Assembly (NCBI GenBank): GCA_020723465.1
Contig: DYIW01000007.1
Location: 1-46,069 of the forward strand
Source of the DNA: Phycisphaera mikurensis
GTDB taxonomy: Bacteria > Planctomycetota > B15-G4 > JADJEK01
DNA: 46,069 bases
Reading direction: 5' to 3'
Positions 9,501 to 15,141 of this stretch are shown piece by piece; positions within the stretch are counted from its first letter, which is position 1, and each line of letters begins with the position of its first letter. Under the pieces are notes generated by a model. It searched no databases and was not told the DNA's origin. It was given only the letters and a program-made list of their open reading frames with translations. The translations under genes and the position numbers were made by a program.

Positions 9501-9561
9501 CCCTAAGGACAGCGAGGAGAAGCGCCTGCTCGACGCGATGCTCCTGGGGGTGCCGAGATGA
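6523..9561 (+). CDS. DUF1156-type (COG1743-like) N6-adenine/N4-cytosine DNA methyltransferase.
   Basis: The N-terminus [45 protein letters not shown] is the DUF1156 signature. The SAM motif is [15 protein letters not shown] and the catalytic motif is FTDPPYYD. There is an acidic linker and a helical C-terminal module. Confidence 0.9.
   Translation: [1012 protein letters not shown]
9358..9561 (+). repeat. Methylase 3'-end repeat, copy A. This is the native copy and forms the last 67 codons plus stop of the methylase.
   Basis: It aligns without gaps to 13248..13451. My hand count gives roughly 23 mismatches over 204 nt. Its last ~64 nt also align to 11898..11961. Confidence 0.85.
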
Positions 9562-10763
9562 TCAGCATGGACCCGATGATCCGCAGTCTCGTGTTGAAGC
9601 GATTCCGTAGTGTTCCCACGGCGCGCATCGAGTTCGACAATCCCACGATCTTCGTCGGCCGCAATGGTTCGGGGAAGAGTAACCTGGTTAGCGCGTTTTC
9701 ATTCCTCGCGGAAGCGATGGCCTCGCCGCTCCAGGCGGTCTTCGACCGAGCCGGCGGCATCTCCGCCGTTCGCAATCGATCTTCGGGTCGGAGCTATCCC
9801 CCGCATCTCGGCATGCGCGTCGACTTCGCGCACCTGAACGGAGAGGCGCGCCACGGCTTCTACGCCTTCGAGGTCAAGGCCCTCAAGAACTACGGGTTCT
9901 CCGTGGTGCGCGAGCAGTGCTCCATCGGAGAGCAATCGTCGCGCGCCTGGTTCGATCGCGTCGAGAACCGATTCAGCTCGAACATCGCGGGGCTGAAGCC
10001 GGCCCTCGACGCGGCCGCGCTCGGCCTGCCGGTGATCGGAGGGGAAGAGAGGTTCGCGCCGGTGCTGCGTGCGCTGGCCGGTCTGCGCGTTTATTCCATC
10101 GAACCGGGCAAGCTCCGCGACATGCAGGAGCCCGACAGTGGCGTCGCGCTGAAGCCAGATGGCGCCAACGTCACGAGCGTCCTCAAGGAGATCGAGCGGC
10201 AGTCCGCCGACGACTTCACCCGCATCTCCGAGATCCTCGCCACCATCGTCCCGAACACGAAGGGCGTGCGGGTACAGAAGCACGGCAAGAACCTCGCGCT
10301 CCAGTTCACCCAGGAATGGGGTGACCGGAAGCCGAAGCGCCTCAACTTCGAGGGGTTCAGCATGTCCGATGGCACGCTGCGCGCCATCGGGCTCCTGGCG
10401 GCCGTGTTCCAGAGACCGCGGCCGTGTCTGATCGCGGTCGAGGAACCTGAAGCGACTATCCATCCGGGGGCGCTCGAATCCGTCCTCGACCTGCTCCTCT
10501 ACGCGAGCAGGCACATGCAGGTCGTGGTGACGACGCACAGCCCGGACTTGCTCGATGCAAAGTGGATCACGGATCGGCATCTCCGGCTCGTGGAGTGGAG
10601 GGAGGGCGCGTCACACGTCGCGGCTGTATCGGACGCGAACCGGGAGGCCCTGCAGCGGCACCTCATGGGTGCGGGGGAGCTGCTCCGCGCGAACGCGCTG
10701 GAGCCCGGACCTCTCTTCGATGAGAGGATCGACACGGACCTTCTCTTCGAGGATCTGCGATGA
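9558..10763 (+). CDS. ABC/SMC-like AAA ATPase (AAA_15/AAA_21 type), the ATPase of cassette 1.
   Basis: Walker A is FVGRNGSGKSN, the signature-like motif is MSDGTLRAIGLL, Walker B is IAVEEPEATIHP and the H-loop is VVVTTHSPDLLD. ATG 9558 overlaps the methylase stop (ATGA). Alternative ATGs lie at 9567 and 9576. Confidence 0.85.
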   Translation: MISMDPMIRSLVLKRFRSVPTARIEFDNPTIFVGRNGSGKSNLVSAFSFLAEAMASPLQAVFDRAGGISAVRNRSSGRSYPPHLGMRVDFAHLNGEARHGFYAFEVKALKNYGFSVVREQCSIGEQSSRAWFDRVENRFSSNIAGLKPALDAAALGLPVIGGEERFAPVLRALAGLRVYSIEPGKLRDMQEPDSGVALKPDGANVTSVLKEIERQSADDFTRISEILATIVPNTKGVRVQKHGKNLALQFTQEWGDRKPKRLNFEGFSMSDGTLRAIGLLAAVFQRPRPCLIAVEEPEATIHPGALESVLDLLLYASRHMQVVVTTHSPDLLDAKWITDRHLRLVEWREGASHVAAVSDANREALQRHLMGAGELLRANALEPGPLFDERIDTDLLFEDLR

Positions 10764-11383
10764 TCGTGCAGCCGATCGTCGAAGGTCAGGGCGACGTGGC
10801 GGCTGCTCCGGTCCTCCTGCGGCGTCTGGCCGAGGAGGCGCAGGCGTGGAATGTCCGGGTCGCGCGGCCGCATCGGCGCAGGCGGACGCAGCTCGTGCGC
10901 AGGGACGGCCTGCAGGACGCCGTGCGCGTGGCGCGGTTGACGCCAGGCTGCAGCGCCATCCTGATTCTTTTCGACGCGGACGACGACTGCCCGAAGCGGC
11001 TGGCTCCCACGCTCGCGGCCTGGGCGCAGGAAGCAGCGGACCCGATTCCGAGCGCCATCGTCATGGCCAACCGCGAGTACGAGGCCTGGCTGCTCGGCGC
11101 GGTCGAATCGCTTCGGGGCAGCGCCGGCATTCGTACCGACGCGGAGGCGCATGCCGACCCGGAAGCTGCGCGCGACGCCAAGGGGGAGTTGGAGCGCCGG
11201 TTGCTTCCTGGCGCCAACTATCTGCCGACAGCGGATCAGGCCCGGTTGACGGCCCAGATCGATTTGGCGACGGCGTACCGCTCCTGCCGGAGCTTCCGCA
11301 AACTGGTGGGGGCGTTCGGCGCCTTCCTGTCCACCGGCGGCGTGAGGCCACCGGAGTGGCCGCCGGCAACGTGGGGGCAGTGA
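10760..11383 (+). CDS. DUF4276-family protein (TOPRIM-like putative nuclease), partner of the cassette 1 ATPase.
   Basis: MIVQPIVEGQGD, ILILFDADDDCP and NREYEAWLLG match the three conserved blocks I associate with DUF4276. The ATGA overlap with the ATPase stop indicates coupling. Confidence 0.7.
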   Translation: MIVQPIVEGQGDVAAAPVLLRRLAEEAQAWNVRVARPHRRRRTQLVRRDGLQDAVRVARLTPGCSAILILFDADDDCPKRLAPTLAAWAQEAADPIPSAIVMANREYEAWLLGAVESLRGSAGIRTDAEAHADPEAARDAKGELERRLLPGANYLPTADQARLTAQIDLATAYRSCRSFRKLVGAFGAFLSTGGVRPPEWPPATWGQ

Positions 11384-11384
11384 T

Positions 11385-11795
11385 ATGACGGGCGTGGTCT
11401 GGCAGATCTCCGGAGGGCCGGCCTCGCGGTCCTACGCCGAGGTGTTCCTGAAGCACGGGGTCGCCTTGATCGGCCCGGGAGACGCCGGCCCGTGGACGCC
11501 CGAGCGGGACGACACCGCGTTCGACGGCAGCTTCGTCCGGCGCTTCGCCAGCGAGGTCCTGGCCGGGGACCTGGTCCTGCTGCGCTCTGGGCTCGCCACG
11601 GTCGCCGCCGTAGGTCTCGTGGGTGGCGGCTACCAGTACCTGAACGCGTTCGACGACGTGAACGGCTGGGACCTCCACCACGCCCGGCGAGTGCGCTGGT
11701 GCCGGCTCGACCAGCCGCATGCCTTCGCCGGGTCGGTCTTCGGCGCCAACCCGCAGCCGGCCGCCGGCCTGTTTGCGCGCGTGCGGAGACCGTAG
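11385..11795 (+). CDS. Hypothetical 136-aa protein, third gene of cassette 1. It may have a PUA/EVE-like fold.
   Basis: ATG lies 1 nt after the DUF4276 stop. Composition is non-shadow. The pattern GVALIGPGD...GDLVLL....VAAVGLV.GGYQY...........HHARRVRW resembles small PUA/EVE-type reader domains, but this is only a weak by-eye resemblance. Confidence 0.5.
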   Translation: MTGVVWQISGGPASRSYAEVFLKHGVALIGPGDAGPWTPERDDTAFDGSFVRRFASEVLAGDLVLLRSGLATVAAVGLVGGGYQYLNAFDDVNGWDLHHARRVRWCRLDQPHAFAGSVFGANPQPAAGLFARVRRP

Positions 11796-11805
11796 GAGGA
11801 TCGCG

Positions 11806-11961
11806 ATGGAACCCTGGTACAAGGTCGCCGAGCCCCGCAAGGAGGTCCGCGAGGGCCGCTCGTTCAACCCGGGCGAGTTCGCCATGCCGGCAGCACTTCT
11901 CCGTAGGGACAGCGCGGAGAAGAGCCTGCTCGACGCGATGCTCCTGGCGGTGCCGCGGTGA
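11806..11961 (+). pseudogene. Recombination scar. A 51-codon chimeric ORF joins the DUF499 RBS and first ~26 codons to the last ~20 codons of the methylase.
   Basis: MEPWYKVAEPRKEVREGRSFNPGEFA compares with DUF499 MEPWYKVATPRKEVREGRSFNPDEFA. ...[14 protein letters not shown] compares with methylase ...[14 protein letters not shown]. The RBS GGAGGA is retained upstream. Confidence 0.75.
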
Positions 11962-11971
11962 GGAGAGTCCG

Positions 11972-13207
11972 ATGCTGAAGAAGCTGACCACCCAGGGATT
12001 CAAGTACCTCGCGGACGTGAGTGTCGAGTTCCCGCGCATGGCCGTGCTGTTCGGTCCGAATGCGGCCGGCAAGAGCAACCTGCTGGACGCGATCCAGGCG
12101 CTCTCGCGGATCGGCACCGAGCGCACGCTGGCTGACGCGCTCGCCGATCCGATCCGGGGACGTCAGATCGAGGCCTTCCTCTTCCCCGCCGACGGGCTTC
12201 CGGCGCTGCTGGCCGCGCCGTCGGCCAAGTTCTCGCTCGAAGCGGACGTGACGCGGGCAAGTGTTTGCTACCGGTACCGCGTCGAAGTGGCGATCTCGCC
12301 CGCTTCCGGCGCCTTGTCCGTGGCCGACGAGTACCTGGCGGCGCTGGCAAGGGATGGCACGCCCAAGCCACCGGCCGCGATCGAGAAGGTCGAGGGTAGT
12401 CTCCGGCTGCGACGGAAGGGGGATTCCGGCAGACCGCACTACGAGCCTCTGGGCTTGAACTACGCGCACCTCTCCGACGCTCGGCTGGCGGGGCCGCTGT
12501 ATCGAGCGATCGAGGCCGTCCGGTCCGAGCTCTCCGACTGGCGCACCTACTACCTGGACCCGCGCGTCGCCATGCGGTCGGCGCAGCCGCCTTCCGACGT
12601 GCGAGACATCGGCGTGCTCGGCAGCGACATCGCGCCCTTCCTCTATCGACTCCAGGCGGAGCACCCGAAGCTCTTCGCCGCCGTGTCCCGCACCCTGCGC
12701 TCGATCGTGCCGAGCGTCCAGGAGCTGACGGTCGATCTGGACAAGCGGCGCGGCACGCTCGACATCCTCATCCGCCAGGCCGGCGTCGACTGCTCCTCCC
12801 GCATCGTCTCGGAGGGGACGCTGCGCGTGCTGGCGCTCTGCGCCATCGCCGTGAATCCCTGGGGAGGCTCGCTGCTCGCCTTCGAGGAGCCCGAGAACGG
12901 GGTGCACCCGCGCCGGCTCGAGTTGATCGCCCAGCTCCTGCTCTCGCTGGCGCTGGACCAGGGACGCCAGGTCGTCGTCACCACGCACTCGCCGCTTTTC
13001 TGCGACGCGGTGCTGAAGGGCTCGCGGGCGCGAACCGAGGACGTCGGGCTGTTCAACGTGCGGCGCGATGGCGCCGCCACGATCGTCAGCGCTTTCGACG
13101 TGTGCGGGCCGCTGTTCAAGGACCAGGAGATCACACGGGCACTGACCGCCGGCACCGAGGATGGCCTGTTCGAGAGCCTGCTCTTGCGGGGGCTGCTCGA
13201 TGAGTGA
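11972..13207 (+). CDS. ABC/SMC-like AAA ATPase, a paralog of the cassette 1 ATPase. This is the orphan ATPase of cassette 2.
   Basis: MLKKLTTQGFKYL...LFGPNAAGKSN is Walker A, SEGTLRVLALCA the signature-like motif, LAFEEPENGVHP Walker B and VVVTTHSPLFCD the H-loop. ATG 11972 is preceded by GGAGAG, 10 nt after the scar stop. The track ORF start at 11492 is a shadow extension. Confidence 0.85.
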   Translation: MLKKLTTQGFKYLADVSVEFPRMAVLFGPNAAGKSNLLDAIQALSRIGTERTLADALADPIRGRQIEAFLFPADGLPALLAAPSAKFSLEADVTRASVCYRYRVEVAISPASGALSVADEYLAALARDGTPKPPAAIEKVEGSLRLRRKGDSGRPHYEPLGLNYAHLSDARLAGPLYRAIEAVRSELSDWRTYYLDPRVAMRSAQPPSDVRDIGVLGSDIAPFLYRLQAEHPKLFAAVSRTLRSIVPSVQELTVDLDKRRGTLDILIRQAGVDCSSRIVSEGTLRVLALCAIAVNPWGGSLLAFEEPENGVHPRRLELIAQLLLSLALDQGRQVVVTTHSPLFCDAVLKGSRARTEDVGLFNVRRDGAATIVSAFDVCGPLFKDQEITRALTAGTEDGLFESLLLRGLLDE

Positions 13208-13451
13208 CGCCTTCGCCGTCGATCTCTTCGTCGAGGACCGCGCGCACGAGGCCACCACCCTCGACCGGGTCCACGCCGCTATGCTGCTCCAGGCGGGCGG
13301 CCGCACCAGCGCGCTCAGGGCGCTCGTCAGGGCCGAGCAGGAGCGCGGCCCGGACTTCCTGCGCCTCGCCAACGCCCTGTCGGCCCTCTACCCCCGGGGC
13401 AGCGAGGAGAAGCGCCTGCTGGACGCGATGCTCCTGGCGATGCCGAGGTGA
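13200..13451 (+). pseudogene. Chimeric 83-codon ORF. Its 16 N-terminal codons resemble a TOPRIM/DUF4276-like gene start and are fused to a copy of the last 67 methylase codons.
   Basis: ATG 13200 overlaps the ATPase-2 stop (ATGAGTGA). MSDAFAVDLFVEDRAH is followed by [67 protein letters not shown]. The stop overlaps the next start (GTGA). Confidence 0.65.
13248..13451 (+). repeat. Methylase 3'-end repeat, copy C.
   Basis: Gap-free alignment to 9358..9561. Most differences are synonymous, for example CGC to AGG for Arg and CTG to CTC for Leu. Confidence 0.85.
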
Positions 13452-15133
13452 CGATGATCCGACGCGTAGTGATCAAGAACTTCAAGCGCTTCACGGAGCA
13501 GACGTTCGACCTGGCGGACTCGATCGTCCTCGCGGGTCCGAACAACGCCGGGAAGTCGACTCTCTTGCAGGCGATCGCGACCTGGAAGCTCGGCCTCGAG
13601 CGATGGATCGCACAACGCCAGGGGAGCAAGGCCGTGAAGCGCTCCGGCGTCGCCATCACCCGAGCAGACTTCACCGCGGTGCCGCTGCGGGAGATGAACC
13701 TCCTTTGGGAGGATCGGCGTGTCTCTGGAGACGGCGAGAGGCCGGGGACGCCGCGCTTGATCGAGATCGTGCTGCAGGGCGAAACCGGCGGAACGTCGTG
13801 GACCTGCGGCCTCGAGCTCCAGTATCAGGGCCCCGAGCAGGTCTACGTCCGCCCGCAGGGCGCGAAGACCCTCGACCAGGACGCGATCCGCGCGTTCCCT
13901 GCCGAGGCAGCCAGAAGCCTCGAGATCGTGCACGTTCCGCCGCTCTCCGGGATCGAGCGTGACGAGCCGCGGCGCGACCGCGGCATGCAGGACCTGCTCG
14001 TCGGCCAGGGACGCCCCGGCGAAATCCTCCGCAACCTGCTGTGGGAGATCGCGCAGAACCTCAAGGAAGACTGGCAGGCCATGGCCGGGCACCTCCGCGA
14101 GCTATTCCGGATCAAGGTGCTCGAACCCTCCTACTCGCGCACCCAACCATTCATCGTTTGCGAGTACCGGGAGCCAGGCCACGAACGGCCGCTCGATCTG
14201 TCCAACGCGGGGAGCGGCACGCTCCAGGTGCTCCTGCTGCTCGCGTTCCTCTACGCCCGGCCGGCGAGCGTCATCCTGCTCGACGAGCCCGACGCGCACC
14301 AGCACGTCATTCTGCAGAAGCAGGTATACGAGCTGATCCGCAAGGTCGCGCGCGAGCGCGGCGGCCAGGTGATCATGGCGACTCATTCGGAGGTCGTCCT
14401 GGATGCGACGGAGCCGAGCCGCGTGCTCGGCTTCTTCGGTGCGGCTCCGCGCGCGCTCGGCAGCGAGACCGAGCGCGATCGGCTGCGAGAAGCGCTGAAG
14501 CGCGTCACGACCACCGACCTCCTGCTGGGGCAGGACGTCGGCGCCGTGCTCTACGTCGAGGGCGAAAGCGACGAGAAGATCCTGCGCGAGTGGGCCCGCA
14601 TCCTCGAACACCGGGCGAGGCGGTTTCTCGACCGGCCGTTCGTCCACTGGCTGGGTGGCAGGAGCCTGCGCGAGGCGAAGGCGCACTTCTTCGCCATTCG
14701 GGCGGCCTTTCCGGCGATCCGCGGTCTCTGTCTGCTCGACGGCGACAATCGGGACGAACCGGACGAGGAAACGGCACACGCCGGCCTGATCGTCCTGCGC
14801 TGGCGGCGCTACGAGATCGAGAACTACCTGCTGCAGCCTGCGGCCATCAAGCGCTTCGTCTTCCCTGACTTCCCGCTGCTCGAGCCGCGCGTGGACGAGG
14901 AGTTCTGGAAGCAGGTGCCGCGAGGAGCTGACCTCTTGGGCGAGCACGTCTCGTTGGTTCGCATCAAGGGGAGCGACGAGTTCCTCGTGCCCTTGTTCGA
15001 GGCTCTGGAGCGGCCCACGCCCAAGAAGGACCTCTATCTGCTGGCGGCGAGGATGGAACGAAGCGAGATCCATCCGGAGGTCAGGGAGAAGCTCGACCGC
15101 ATCGCCGAAGTCCTGTGTCCGGATGAGCACTGA
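13448..15133 (+). CDS. Fused ABC ATPase and DUF4435/TOPRIM protein, an OLD-family / single-polypeptide PARIS (AriA-AriB)-like defence protein.
   Basis: Walker A is LAGPNNAGKST, Walker B is ILLDEPDAHQH and the H-loop is VIMATHSEVVLD. The C-terminal blocks LYVEGESDEKIL, WLGGRS, CLLDGDNRDEPD and RYEIENYLL are DUF4435/TOPRIM blocks. The start is GTG 13448 or ATG 13454. Confidence 0.8.
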   Translation: MTMIRRVVIKNFKRFTEQTFDLADSIVLAGPNNAGKSTLLQAIATWKLGLERWIAQRQGSKAVKRSGVAITRADFTAVPLREMNLLWEDRRVSGDGERPGTPRLIEIVLQGETGGTSWTCGLELQYQGPEQVYVRPQGAKTLDQDAIRAFPAEAARSLEIVHVPPLSGIERDEPRRDRGMQDLLVGQGRPGEILRNLLWEIAQNLKEDWQAMAGHLRELFRIKVLEPSYSRTQPFIVCEYREPGHERPLDLSNAGSGTLQVLLLLAFLYARPASVILLDEPDAHQHVILQKQVYELIRKVARERGGQVIMATHSEVVLDATEPSRVLGFFGAAPRALGSETERDRLREALKRVTTTDLLLGQDVGAVLYVEGESDEKILREWARILEHRARRFLDRPFVHWLGGRSLREAKAHFFAIRAAFPAIRGLCLLDGDNRDEPDEETAHAGLIVLRWRRYEIENYLLQPAAIKRFVFPDFPLLEPRVDEEFWKQVPRGADLLGEHVSLVRIKGSDEFLVPLFEALERPTPKKDLYLLAARMERSEIHPEVREKLDRIAEVLCPDEH

Positions 15134-15141
15134 GGAGGCGA

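Noticed and set aside
9358-13451. Methylase 3'-end repeats acting as attC/att sites of an integron or integrative element.
   Set aside because: No integrase, recombinase or transposase gene lies in the window. The repeats are in-frame coding fragments with mostly synonymous divergence, not imperfect palindromic attC-like sites. Homologous recombination between diverged systems explains them better.
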